Assembly (NCBI GenBank): GCA_963676915.2
Contig: CAXXVK010000010.1
Coordinates: 150,992 to 214,991, forward strand
Direction of reading: 5' to 3'
DNA length: 64,000 bases
DNA from: Myxococcota bacterium
GTDB taxonomy: Bacteria; Myxococcota_A; SURF-8; G963663525
Shown here: piece by piece, positions 40,056 to 50,082 of the stretch
How positions within the stretch are numbered: the first letter of the stretch is position 1
Layout of the letters: each line of letters opens with the position of its first letter
Translations under genes and position numbers: made by a program
The notes under the pieces: model-generated
Told to the model about the DNA's origin: nothing
The model's database searches: none
The model's input: only the letters and a program-made list of their open reading frames with translations

Positions 40056-41093
40056 ATGCCGGCCTCAGCGGATAAACAGGATAAACAAAAGGTTCTCGGC
40101 GAAGCGATCAAGCAAATCGAAAAGCAGTTCGGTAAAGGCTCGATCATGCGTCTTGGCGAGGAAGGCTCTATCGCCGATGTGGAAGTGATCCCCACCGGTG
40201 GGGTCGGGTTGGATGTCGCCTTGGGTATCGGCGGTATCCCCCGAGGGCGTGTCACCGAAATCTACGGACCGGAGTCTTCCGGTAAAACCACCCTGGCGCT
40301 CGAAGTTATCGCCCAGGCGCAGAAACGTGGCGGTATCGCTGCATTTATCGATGCCGAGCACGCTCTCGACCTCAAGTACGCCCGTGCTTTGGGTGTCGAT
40401 ACGGATGAATTGCTCATTTCCCAGCCCGATTACGGTGAACAAGCGCTGGAAATCATGGAAATGCTGGTGCGTTCCAACGCGATCGACGTCATTGCCGTCG
40501 ACTCGGTGGCAGCGCTCGTTCCCCGCGCCGAGATCAATGGCGAAATGGGAGATTCTCACGTCGGCCTGCAAGCCCGCCTGATGAGCCAGGCCATGCGCAA
40601 AGCCACGGGCTTGATCAGTAAATCCAATACCGCCGTGATTTTCCTGAACCAGATCCGCATGAAAATCGGCGTCACCTACGGCAGCCCGGAAACCACCACA
40701 GGCGGCAACGCGCTGAAATTCTATTCCTCGGTACGCATCGATATCCGCCGCATTGCTGCCATCAAGGATTCCGATAGCATCCTTGGGAATCGCACGCGGG
40801 CGAAAATCGTGAAAAACAAGCTTGCTCCGCCCCACCGACAGATCGAATTCGACATCATGTTCGGTACCGGCATCAGCCATGAAGGCATGGCGCTGGATAT
40901 GGGAAGCGATCTGGATCTTGTCGAAAAGGCCGGTTCGTGGTACAGCTATAAAGGAGAAAGGCTGGGACAAGGCCGGGAAAACGCAAAACGGTTTTTAAGA
41001 GAGAATACCGAAGTGCTCGAAGAGGTCGAGGCGGGTATTCGAGAGCACTACGGGTTACCCTCTCTTCTCGGAACGACACCGACTGCGGAATAA
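40056..41093 (+). CDS. recA: Recombinase RecA
   Basis: [42 protein letters not shown]. Confidence 0.99.
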   Translation: MPASADKQDKQKVLGEAIKQIEKQFGKGSIMRLGEEGSIADVEVIPTGGVGLDVALGIGGIPRGRVTEIYGPESSGKTTLALEVIAQAQKRGGIAAFIDAEHALDLKYARALGVDTDELLISQPDYGEQALEIMEMLVRSNAIDVIAVDSVAALVPRAEINGEMGDSHVGLQARLMSQAMRKATGLISKSNTAVIFLNQIRMKIGVTYGSPETTTGGNALKFYSSVRIDIRRIAAIKDSDSILGNRTRAKIVKNKLAPPHRQIEFDIMFGTGISHEGMALDMGSDLDLVEKAGSWYSYKGERLGQGRENAKRFLRENTEVLEEVEAGIREHYGLPSLLGTTPTAE

Positions 41094-41176
41094 GCTAAAA
41101 CCTTTTCGTTTCCCGAGTCCGTCATCGTTTTAACGAGATCCCATTGAAGGACGGGGAAACGAAAAGGGGAACTTCC

Positions 41177-42349
41177 ATGCGAATCGACGACATTTTACGG
41201 GTTGGGCATCAGGGAAAAGCCAGCGATATCCATCTCAAGGTAGGATTGCCTCCGATGTTCCGCATCGCGGGTAGCCTCGTTTCTCTGAAAAACGCCAGCC
41301 GCCTAACACCCCAAAATTGCGAAGATTTGGCGCGGCAGGTTTGCAACGACCGCCAGTACAAGCAGTTTTTGGAAGAATGGGAAGTCGATCTCGCCTATTT
41401 CATCAAGGATTTGGGACGTTTCCGTGTCAACGTCTACCGTCAGAGCAGCTATGCCGGAATGGCGATCCGTGTCATTCAATCCAAAGTCCCCACACTCGAC
41501 GACCTGAACCTACCCAAAGTCATCGAAAAAATCGCGAAAACGCAACGCGGGCTTGTGCTTGTCACCGGTACGACCTCCAGCGGTAAATCCACCACGCTGG
41601 CGGCGATGATCAACTACATCAATCACTCCCGAACCTGCCACATCATGACGATTGAAGACCCGATCGAATACATGATCGCAGACAAGCGCAGCATGATCAA
41701 CCAGCGCGAACTGGGAATGGATACCACCAGTTACGCTCGTGCGCTGAAGTCTGCTTTGCGGCAAGACCCGGACGTGATTCTTATCGGCGAACTTCGCGAC
41801 CTCGAAACCATCGATATCGCCATGGCGGCTGCCGAAACCGGCCATATGGTGTTCAGTACCTTGCACACCATGGACGCACCGGAAACCATCAACCGTATCA
41901 TTTCTCTGTATCCACCCAACCAGCAGGATGCTGTCCGGCTTCAGTTGTCCGGCATCCTTCAGGCTGTTATCTCTCAACGCCTCGTTCCGAGCAAAGACGG
42001 CACAAAACGCGTTCCCGCCGTGGAGGTGATGATCGTCTCCAACCGCGTTCGTGAATTGATCCAGAACCCCGAGTTGATCGGAGAGCTGCACGACACGATG
42101 GCTCAGTCCTTCGACTCCTACGGCATGCAGATTTTCGACCAGTCGCTGATGTCGCTTGTCAAACGCAACTACATCACCTACGAGGAAGCGCTCAAGCAGG
42201 CCAGCAACCCGGCCGACTTCGAACTTCGCTTCTCGGGTATCAGCACTTCGGACGGTGGGGGCTGGGAAAGCATGCAGGACGCGGATCAGGAAGAGGAACT
42301 TTTCGGCAAGGATGATGAAGACGACGATTTCACCATCGAACGATTCTGA
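41177..42349 (+). CDS. pilT: Type IV pilus retraction ATPase, PilT/PilU family
   Basis: ASDIHL, GRFRVN, GTTSSGKSTT, TIEDPIE, ALRQDPD, GELRD, AAETGH, GMQ. Confidence 0.88.
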   Translation: MRIDDILRVGHQGKASDIHLKVGLPPMFRIAGSLVSLKNASRLTPQNCEDLARQVCNDRQYKQFLEEWEVDLAYFIKDLGRFRVNVYRQSSYAGMAIRVIQSKVPTLDDLNLPKVIEKIAKTQRGLVLVTGTTSSGKSTTLAAMINYINHSRTCHIMTIEDPIEYMIADKRSMINQRELGMDTTSYARALKSALRQDPDVILIGELRDLETIDIAMAAAETGHMVFSTLHTMDAPETINRIISLYPPNQQDAVRLQLSGILQAVISQRLVPSKDGTKRVPAVEVMIVSNRVRELIQNPELIGELHDTMAQSFDSYGMQIFDQSLMSLVKRNYITYEEALKQASNPADFELRFSGISTSDGGGWESMQDADQEEELFGKDDEDDDFTIERF

Positions 42350-42361
42350 CCCGGAGGCGTT

Positions 42362-43183
42362 ATGCCGTACAAAGTGCTGGATATCTACGCGGATCTTCCG
42401 AAAACCAACTGCGGCGAGTGCCGTAAAAAAGCCTGCTATCCTTTCGCAGTGGGTGTCTTTCTGGAAGGGCTGAAACTTTCGGAATGCCCGCACCTCGACG
42501 ACGAAAAGCGTCAGGAAATGCAAAAACGGCTGAACGAGGAAAAAGGCATAGGCGGTTCCGGCAAAGCGGCTGCCAGCGAAAAAGCCTTGGAATTTCTTCT
42601 CGAAAAGCTGAAAACCAGCGATTTCAAACTACTGGCGCGCCGTTGCGGCGGTGAATGGATCGACGAGCCTTCCGAAGCGATCCGACTGCCGTTTCTTGGC
42701 CGAAACTATCGGATCGAACGTGAGGATGTACGCGCAGAGGAAGGCGAGCAGCCATCGGTATTCATCAAGATTCTGTTGATGATCTACGCCACCCGTTCCA
42801 GCGATGCCGAGGTGCTGGATAAATGGACCGCGTTTCGCGAACTTCCCAACTCCACCAGCAAGGCCAAATCCTTCGAAGACAACGCCGGGCGTATCGCTGG
42901 ACTTTTCGGAGAGGATCTCGATGGACTGGACGAAGCCGTTTTGCGCTGGGGAGGTCTTCCGGCTTCCGAAAGCAGCGCCGACCGTGCGTATCGTTTCCAG
43001 GCGCTGCCGAAAGTCGAGTTGCTGTTGCTGTTCTGGAAGGGTGATGAGGATTTCGAGGCTCGAACCTCGATTCTATTGAACGCCAACGTGCTGGATTTCC
43101 TCGACCAGGAGGCCATAACGTTCCTTTCCGAAGCGCTGGTCAACGCCCTGATGGGGGAAGATATCAACGATATCGCGCCGTAG
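42362..43183 (+). CDS. Fe-S binding domain plus DUF3786-like protein
   Basis: LPKTNCGECRKKACYPFA...CPHL; C-terminal ALPKV...LFWKGDEDF. Confidence 0.8.
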   Translation: MPYKVLDIYADLPKTNCGECRKKACYPFAVGVFLEGLKLSECPHLDDEKRQEMQKRLNEEKGIGGSGKAAASEKALEFLLEKLKTSDFKLLARRCGGEWIDEPSEAIRLPFLGRNYRIEREDVRAEEGEQPSVFIKILLMIYATRSSDAEVLDKWTAFRELPNSTSKAKSFEDNAGRIAGLFGEDLDGLDEAVLRWGGLPASESSADRAYRFQALPKVELLLLFWKGDEDFEARTSILLNANVLDFLDQEAITFLSEALVNALMGEDINDIAP

Positions 43184-43252
43184 TTTATCGCGCCCCGGCA
43201 TTGACGGATTCACAATCTAACCATACCCACCGTTGAAAACGAGGAGACCATC

Positions 43253-44026
43253 GTGGAACAAAAGCCGACATCTTGCGCTGATTCCTACACTGTCATTCAA
43301 GAGGGACGTTCCAGTGAACCTCCATGGGTATTTCTTCACGGCGCGTTGGGTGATGCTAATATCTGGCATCCTATGAGCCAAGCGCTTTTGTCCGGCGGTT
43401 TCGAACGAAAAATGGTGCTGCTCGATCTTCCCGGCCACGGATTTTCCCACGGTCCGGCGTTTGACGATCTCGACGCTACGGCGGCGTATGTCGTCGATTT
43501 TCTGGAACGCCACGATTTATTTCCCTGCATCCCTGTGGGGCATTCGATGGGAGGAGCGATCGCTCAACTCGTTGCCTTGAGCCGCCCGGAAGCGATCGAG
43601 TCTTTGGTGCTCGTAGGTTCGGGAGCGACGCTAGGCGTAGCACCTGTAATTTTCGACAAGCTGGAAAACGATGTTCCCAAAGCGCTGGACTTGATGCAGG
43701 CTTTCAATTTCGCCAAGGAAACGTCGTCGAAAACGATTCGTTTCGTTATGGATGGCATGGCCCGCTGTGGCGCAGAAACCGGCATTCGCGACTTAAAAGG
43801 CTGCGACGCCTTCCGCACGGTCGAGCGCTTGTCCTCGCTAAAACTTGCCCAACCGCCGGTTGTTTTCGTGGGGAATGAAGACAAAATGACTCCACCCAAG
43901 AAAAACCGCCGACTGGCCGAATCCCTGGGGGCATCTTTTCACGAAATCGCGGGGGCCGGTCACATGCTGCATGTTGAACGTCCCGACGAATTGGTTAAAA
44001 TTCTTGCCACTCTGCCCATGTTTTAA
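43253..44026 (+). CDS. Alpha/beta hydrolase
   Basis: FLHGA, DLPGHG, GHSMGG, EDKMTP, AGHM. Confidence 0.9.
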   Translation: MEQKPTSCADSYTVIQEGRSSEPPWVFLHGALGDANIWHPMSQALLSGGFERKMVLLDLPGHGFSHGPAFDDLDATAAYVVDFLERHDLFPCIPVGHSMGGAIAQLVALSRPEAIESLVLVGSGATLGVAPVIFDKLENDVPKALDLMQAFNFAKETSSKTIRFVMDGMARCGAETGIRDLKGCDAFRTVERLSSLKLAQPPVVFVGNEDKMTPPKKNRRLAESLGASFHEIAGAGHMLHVERPDELVKILATLPMF

Positions 44027-44043
44027 GTCTTTTAGACAGAAAA

Positions 44044-44073
44044 CGGCCCGTTGTCATGGTGGACAACGGACCG
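44044..44073. terminator. Hairpin between convergent genes; likely terminator
   Basis: CCGTTGTC-N6-GACAACGG stem preceded by an A-run. Confidence 0.5.
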
Positions 44074-44096
44074 CTGAAAGACCGAAACGGGATGAA

Positions 44097-44981
44097 TCAG
44101 AACGTTTTGCCGGTCAGGCGTTCGTACAGGTCGATGTAGATTTCCGAGGCGGACTTGATCAGGCTTTCCGGCATCGGCGGAATCTTCGGCTCTTCGATTC
44201 CTTTGGCCCGTGCTTCGTATACTTCGTCCTTGAATCCGATCTCGACGTAGTGGTTTCGGACGAATTCTTTGGACATATCGACCATTTCGCCGGTTTTCTC
44301 GAAACGGGAGGCGTCCCAGAAGCGGTCTTCGTCCGGTGTACCGAAAACGTCAACCACCATCAGTCCGCCGTTTTCGTTGCGACCGAATTCCTTTTTGCCG
44401 TCTACGTGGATCAGGCCGTTTTTGGCGGCTTGTGCGTTCATGACTTCATCGATTTTCAAGCACATGTCCCGCAGAGTTTCCATTTCGCCTTCTTCGAGCG
44501 CCGCGATGCGCGTGGCTTCCTCGAAATCGATCAGGCGATCCACCGGTTCGAGCTTGGTGGACACTTCGAAATAGGGAGCGGGCATCTTGTCGCCGGTTTT
44601 CATCGAGGCATACTCTCCGGCGATTTTGCCTTTCTTGATGCGGTCCGCGAACGATCCCGCGATGTAGTGGCGCACGATGCATTCGAGAGGCACCAGCGTG
44701 CTCACCGAACCTTTTAGTTTGGCCGGATCGGCTTCGATGGCCACCTTCTTCACGCGCATGGCTTTGTCCTGCATTCCCAGGTAATGGGTATCGAAACCCA
44801 ATTCTTTGCAGACCTCGAACCAATGCGCCGCGCATCGTCCCACGACTTCGCCTTTGTGAGGAACTTCCGAGGGGATAGGGCAATCGTAGACCGAAATGCG
44901 GTCGGAAAAAACGAACAGCAGCTCGTTTGGGTTGTCGCCTTCGTAAATATCTTTTACGGAACCTTTGTGTACCAGTTTCAT
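44097..44981 (-). CDS. purC: Phosphoribosylaminoimidazole-succinocarboxamide synthase
   Basis: KGSVKDIY, SDRISVYD, PLECIVR, VDGKKEFG, TPDEDRFW, SKEFVR. Confidence 0.95.
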   Translation of the reverse strand: MKLVHKGSVKDIYEGDNPNELLFVFSDRISVYDCPIPSEVPHKGEVVGRCAAHWFEVCKELGFDTHYLGMQDKAMRVKKVAIEADPAKLKGSVSTLVPLECIVRHYIAGSFADRIKKGKIAGEYASMKTGDKMPAPYFEVSTKLEPVDRLIDFEEATRIAALEEGEMETLRDMCLKIDEVMNAQAAKNGLIHVDGKKEFGRNENGGLMVVDVFGTPDEDRFWDASRFEKTGEMVDMSKEFVRNHYVEIGFKDEVYEARAKGIEEPKIPPMPESLIKSASEIYIDLYERLTGKTF

Positions 44982-45253
44982 AGACTTTCTCCTTGTTTTC
45001 ATTCAACGGAGGCCAATGTATACTCTATTTTCGTTCCTTGCGCCAGTACCTAAGAAACGAATTTTTCGTAATACAAACCAATTTTTTTAGAGTTATAAAA
45101 TTTGGTCGGTGTAGATTGATTAAATCCATACAGATATATATACAAGAAGGCTTCAGATTGCTCTTTTTAGATTGTTTTCATGTTCTTCCTTTAAAAAATC
45201 GATGGATGTTTGTTCTGTTTTTTCATTTTCAAAATTGTGATTGAAATCCTTAA

Positions 45254-46648
45254 TTATTCCTGACCGAAACCACTGTAATATAAAAGCCCCGTAAACACGA
45301 AACCAGAAATAAATAGCGCCCCAATGGGTGTAAAATTTTGTAACAATGGGTTCGAAATAGTAAAGCAACCGAAACCAATCGCAAACAATAGGCCTATCAC
45401 AATCGCAACGATACCAATATATTCTGGGACATCATTTGCCTCTCCTATTGAACGAAATAGAACTAACGGTAGCAATACCAATTGGCAAGAAAAGAACATC
45501 AAGAGAAATGCAACGATTTTTTCTGATGAATCCATTGTTGTAAGTAAAGCAGCTAAACCAAAAGCAATAACACCAATTATCACTAAAAAGCCTCTTGCTT
45601 TGTTGACTCCATACCTGTTTTTTCCTCTAAGAACATCCACCGTTATGGCTTGGGATCCGGCAATCAGCATGCTGTCTGCGGTGGATAAAAAGGCAGACAC
45701 AAAAAAAGTTATGAGAAACATTGATCCAACTTCTGATATCTGTAACACACGATCCAACAGTGCTATAGGCTCAGCGGCATTTCCTGTTGCTACATTATGC
45801 ATGCTTACTCCTATCCAAACGATAGCAGAAGCAACAATAAAAAATAGAATGCTACCCAGAAAGCTCCCACGCCGAATGTTTATTTCACTTCCTGTCGCAG
45901 CTGATCTTTGCCACATGTCCATTGCAGAAAATTGCCATAGTCCATTGACCACGATCAGCATAGAAATGAAAAATGGAGGTAAATTGTCAAAATTTCCAAC
46001 AGATGAATTTTGTGGATTATTCGTGTTGATTGAAAACGCTACGAGAACAAATGTTGCAATTGCCAATATCATTACCAAGAACTGAAGTATGTCCGTTTTT
46101 ATAACGGCGTCAAATCCACCACTGGCAGAGTAAATAATAAGTACTATTGAGAGAATTATTGCAGAGCCAAGTGGTGTAATTGGTGTATATGATGAAATAA
46201 AAATTGAAAAAATGTAGATTTCAGCACTAATAAAACCTATTAATGTGGTTACAGTGACAAGCGCAGCAGCAGATTCTAAACGATGAGAATCATTGCTTAG
46301 TGATGAGATAAATTCATGCAAGGTTCTTTTTTGATCTATGTCTGTGGAAGATAATGGAATAAACTTGGGTAAAGAATAAAGGAAAAACCCAAGAATAGCT
46401 GTGCCAATTGCCCAAAAAGCTTGATATCCATAGAGATAAGACCAAAAAAGAAGAACAAACACTGCGGTGATAAAACTAAAATTAGATCCAAAAGTGTTGC
46501 AAGCAAATCCAAATACACTCAAAGGTCGAGAGCCAAAGAAAAAGGCATCTAGATTTTTTACGTCCTTTGCGCAATACAAGCCAATTCCTAGAAATGTAAC
46601 CAGAACAACCATAGGAAGTATGAAAACCCACCCAGACAAGCTAGACAT
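45254..46648 (-). CDS. Sodium:solute symporter family protein (AT-rich island)
   Basis: Many hydrophobic helices; YSASGGFDAVIKTDILQF, MWQR, SAFLSTADS. Confidence 0.85.
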   Translation of the reverse strand: MSSLSGWVFILPMVVLVTFLGIGLYCAKDVKNLDAFFFGSRPLSVFGFACNTFGSNFSFITAVFVLLFWSYLYGYQAFWAIGTAILGFFLYSLPKFIPLSSTDIDQKRTLHEFISSLSNDSHRLESAAALVTVTTLIGFISAEIYIFSIFISSYTPITPLGSAIILSIVLIIYSASGGFDAVIKTDILQFLVMILAIATFVLVAFSINTNNPQNSSVGNFDNLPPFFISMLIVVNGLWQFSAMDMWQRSAATGSEINIRRGSFLGSILFFIVASAIVWIGVSMHNVATGNAAEPIALLDRVLQISEVGSMFLITFFVSAFLSTADSMLIAGSQAITVDVLRGKNRYGVNKARGFLVIIGVIAFGLAALLTTMDSSEKIVAFLLMFFSCQLVLLPLVLFRSIGEANDVPEYIGIVAIVIGLLFAIGFGCFTISNPLLQNFTPIGALFISGFVFTGLLYYSGFGQE

Positions 46649-47318
46649 TTTCCTTCCTCCTTGCAATTACTAGTGTAAAATACACGTCCTCGCTAGATTG
46701 TGGGGATGTGTATGCATAATACTTGAACCATTCGATTATCTCGCAACCTGCTTCAATGATTGGAGCCTCTACGAATTCTCTTTTGTTTCTATATACGGTA
46801 ACCCCTGTTTTTTCTTTCATAAGCTTTGAAACTACACAATTTGAGGTGTTGCGATAACAATCTCTATCTTTTCCTTTGTCTTGTTCCTCATAATTGAATG
46901 CAATTAAACCGCCTGGCTTTAGAACTCTAAGACATTCATGAAGCAGTTCTTGAAATGAGTGTATGAAATAAAATACGCCGTTGGAAATTACATAGTCAAA
47001 AAACGAATCAGGATAAGGAAGATTTTCCGATTCTAGATCTATCTTGGCAATCTCTTGGCAGAATTTTTTTTGGCCACATAGATTCAGCATTTCATCGGAT
47101 CCGTCGATACCGAAAATGTTGACTCCCATTTTATGGAAAGGCAAAGAACTCAAACCAGTCCCAATTCCAACGTCAAGCAGGTTTGTGTTACTCTTCAGGT
47201 TGTCGAATAACATTCCAAACAATATTTGTGGGCTAATCCAATGATGTTGCTTTGCAAGTATATCATACTCAGGAGCAAATTTATCATAATACTCAATTGC
47301 GGAAAGTGGTGGCTTCAT
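46641..47318 (-). CDS. Class I SAM-dependent methyltransferase (AT-rich island)
   Basis: LLDVGIGTG, GIDGSDEML, FDYVISNGV, RVLKPGG. Confidence 0.9.
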   Translation of the reverse strand: MKPPLSAIEYYDKFAPEYDILAKQHHWISPQILFGMLFDNLKSNTNLLDVGIGTGLSSLPFHKMGVNIFGIDGSDEMLNLCGQKKFCQEIAKIDLESENLPYPDSFFDYVISNGVFYFIHSFQELLHECLRVLKPGGLIAFNYEEQDKGKDRDCYRNTSNCVVSKLMKEKTGVTVYRNKREFVEAPIIEAGCEIIEWFKYYAYTSPQSSEDVYFTLVIARRKENV

Positions 47319-47950
47319 CGTTTTTTATTCCTTAGGAACAGCATGCACAAGAACGGAAACAAATACAATCCATGAAAAAGTACAAGGAACAATTTAAGAG
47401 AGTCAAAAGCAATTCCATTTTGGGGGGTACAAATCCCATCACTGTTCCAAAGACATATGGCTATTAATAAAAATAAAAGAAGTGAATATATATCAAATTG
47501 CAATCCTCTAATCCATTCCTTTTTATTTGCCTTATAGTGCGAATTAAGCTGCTTTAAACAAAGCAAATAAAATATATCTAACAAGAAAACGACAAACATG
47601 ATGAAATAAAAGATAGAAAGAGATTCAAGTTTTAGGAATTTAGGGCTAATAGTTAAAAGACAACATAGAAGGAGAACGCTTGTTTTCAACCACCGAAAGG
47701 TATTTTGTGTCTCAGGTTTCAACTCAGCAGCAAACAACTTTGAATCTTTATGAAATGTAACAAACAAATTGAAATAACCAAATAACAAATAAAGGCAGAA
47801 GACAAGTGTAGCAGCAAAAATCAATGGATTTTCCAGGAATTCTACCTGACCAACGAGCAAAACACTACCTAACAACAAACCTACAAACAAATTACTAAAG
47901 GCATCTGATTTGGCACCAATCAATTGATTTTGATTTAAATCTCCATCCAT
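47315..47950 (-). CDS. Hypothetical integral membrane protein (AT-rich island)
   Basis: GGAGG RBS; about six hydrophobic segments; ATGA overlap with the methyltransferase gene. Confidence 0.75.
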   Translation of the reverse strand: MDGDLNQNQLIGAKSDAFSNLFVGLLLGSVLLVGQVEFLENPLIFAATLVFCLYLLFGYFNLFVTFHKDSKLFAAELKPETQNTFRWLKTSVLLLCCLLTISPKFLKLESLSIFYFIMFVVFLLDIFYLLCLKQLNSHYKANKKEWIRGLQFDIYSLLLFLLIAICLWNSDGICTPQNGIAFDSLKLFLVLFHGLYLFPFLCMLFLRNKKR

Positions 47951-48114
47951 AATTGGCCTCCCATAAAATCTTTGTACAACTTTTCTTTATTTGCATTTAT
48001 TATCACGCCTATAAGCATATTTCAAACGTTTTTATGGTCAATATTCAAAAAAGGACGGAATATTCCTCGGTATTCCTGGAATGCTTCCGTCCTTGTAAAA
48101 ACGATATTGGCCCG

Positions 48115-49110
48115 TCAGCTTTCCAGATCCCGCAGTTGTTCGTACAGCTTGCGGGCTTCGTCGGAGAGCGGCTTGGGTGGCACGATGCGAAGTTCCACCA
48201 GTAGATCCCCACGGTTTCCTCCAGGCATCGGCATTCCCTGCTGTTTCAGACGCAGTTTGCTACCGGAACCCGTTCCTTCGGGTACGTTAATGGTAACCGA
48301 TCCGTCGATACCCCGAATTTCGACTTCGCCACCGAGCGCCGCAAGATACGGCGGGATATCCTGTTTCAGATGCAGGTTGCTGCCATCGAGCGTCAGCCGA
48401 TCGTGGGGAGCGATCTTTATTTTAATGAAAAGATCCCCGGAAGGCATTCCCATATTGCCGGGCCTGCCTTGTCCGGCCATACGGATTTTCTGCCCGTTTT
48501 TCACACCCTTCGGAATGTTTAGGCTGTAGGATTTGCGCTCGCTGCCATCGCTGAGGGTAATGCTTTTTTCAGCGCCATGAAAAGCGTCTTCCAACGTAAT
48601 CGTAAAATCCGCTTCCACGTCCTGACCTTTCGAAGGCGCTTGATAGCCCCCGCCGAAAGGTGAATTTCCGCCCATATTGCCGAAGGGAGATCCGCCCCCG
48701 AAATGAACGCCACCCGAAAACGGGGAATCGCCGCCGAAGGGATTTCCTCCCCCTCCACCGGCACCCCCGAAACCACCCGGAAAACCGGAGGCTCCCTGGC
48801 CGAAAAACACGTCGAAAAAGTCGCTGAATCCGTGTGCCGCTCCTCCGGGATGCACTTTTTTCCATCCGGGAGGCGGCCTGAATCCGCCGCTCTTCCACTC
48901 TTTTCCCAACAGGTCGTATTGTTGGCGCTTTTCTTTGTCTTTTAAAACTTCATACGCTTCGTTGATTCGTTTGAATTCGGTTTCCGCTTCGGGAGACTTG
49001 TTGACATCGGGATGAAACTCACGGGCTTTCTTGCGGAAAGCGCGCTTGATTTCGTCGTCCGTCGCATTGCGTTTGACCCCCAGCGTTTTGTAATAATCGA
49101 TGAAATCCAT
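48115..49110 (-). CDS. DnaJ-class chaperone without zinc finger (CbpA-like)
   Basis: DYYKTLGV...HPD J-domain; G/F-rich region; DnaJ C-terminal domain; no CxxCxGxG. Confidence 0.92.
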   Translation of the reverse strand: MDFIDYYKTLGVKRNATDDEIKRAFRKKAREFHPDVNKSPEAETEFKRINEAYEVLKDKEKRQQYDLLGKEWKSGGFRPPPGWKKVHPGGAAHGFSDFFDVFFGQGASGFPGGFGGAGGGGGNPFGGDSPFSGGVHFGGGSPFGNMGGNSPFGGGYQAPSKGQDVEADFTITLEDAFHGAEKSITLSDGSERKSYSLNIPKGVKNGQKIRMAGQGRPGNMGMPSGDLFIKIKIAPHDRLTLDGSNLHLKQDIPPYLAALGGEVEIRGIDGSVTINVPEGTGSGSKLRLKQQGMPMPGGNRGDLLVELRIVPPKPLSDEARKLYEQLRDLES

Positions 49111-49149
49111 GCTGGCACCTCTCGATCACTGTGCGACTTCCCGGTCCGA

Positions 49150-49839
49150 TTACTGGTTTTTGACCACAACAACTCGGGCCGGACGCAGAACGCATTCACC
49201 CATTCGATAGCCGGTACGTTCGACGGCAAGAATCTTGCCCTCTTCCATTTGAGCCATCGGAACGGCGGCCGTTGCCTCGTGAATCTCGGGATCGAAGCTT
49301 TCGGCGTCGGCGATTCGCTGAATGCCGTAGCGTCCCAAAATGTCCTGACTCCGGCGGTGAATCATCTCCAGACCCTGGGTAATATCCTTTTCTTCCCCTC
49401 CGGTTTTCAACGCCCGTTCCAGATCGTCGGTCAGGTCCATCAAGTCCGAAAGAAAGCGTTTTTTAATGCGTTGCTCCGCCTGTTCGATACGGATCTCCGC
49501 TCGGCGTCTGGTGTTCTCGATTTCCGCCATGGCGCGCAACGCTCGGTCTTTCCACTCGTCCCGTTCCGCTGCCGGGTCTGCGGGTTCTTCTTCGACCGCT
49601 TCCGTCTCGTCGGTACCCGTCTCGTCGTCTTCCGACTTCAGCACGCGAAGCTTGGGTTCCGTCGTCTCGGGGGACTCGGAAACCGTCTGAGTGGAATCGT
49701 CGTGCCTATCATTCTCGGACGCAGAAATATCAGTATCCGAAGGCTTTGTTTCATTGGTCTCGATGGGTTTTCGGTCGTCTTCCACCATGATGTCCTCGTT
49801 GCTCTTCGTTTCGTTTTCCACCTGAATGGGAATTCGCAT
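49150..49839 (-). CDS. grpE: Nucleotide exchange factor GrpE
   Basis: RAMAEIENTRRR, DDLERAL, FDPEIHEA, GY...LRPARVVV. Confidence 0.92.
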   Translation of the reverse strand: MRIPIQVENETKSNEDIMVEDDRKPIETNETKPSDTDISASENDRHDDSTQTVSESPETTEPKLRVLKSEDDETGTDETEAVEEEPADPAAERDEWKDRALRAMAEIENTRRRAEIRIEQAEQRIKKRFLSDLMDLTDDLERALKTGGEEKDITQGLEMIHRRSQDILGRYGIQRIADAESFDPEIHEATAAVPMAQMEEGKILAVERTGYRMGECVLRPARVVVVKNQ

Positions 49840-50082
49840 GGTTTTCTCCCGTTTAAACCACCTGTCGGCTCGTTCCGGGTCAGGAGGCAGTTGGTCATCT
49901 ACCGCGCCTCAAGGCGTCGGATCGAGCCTTTCACGGTATCGGGAATAGGGTAAGGTCGATTTTTTTCGTTTCAATAGCTTAGATAGAGGAGTTTTGTCAT
50001 TTTCAGGAAGAGAAAAATACCTTGCTGCATGTGAATAACACCCGTCCCCTCCTATGTTTTCAAGAAACTGCTGCGTTTGGAA

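Noticed and set aside
45060-45368. Fourth gene in the AT-rich islet (71-aa ORF 45153-45368)
   Set aside because: It overlaps the symporter gene out of frame and has no recognisable motif; it could be a remnant
48115-49839. Complete dnaK operon
   Set aside because: Only grpE and a CbpA-like dnaJ are present; no dnaK or hrcA in the window
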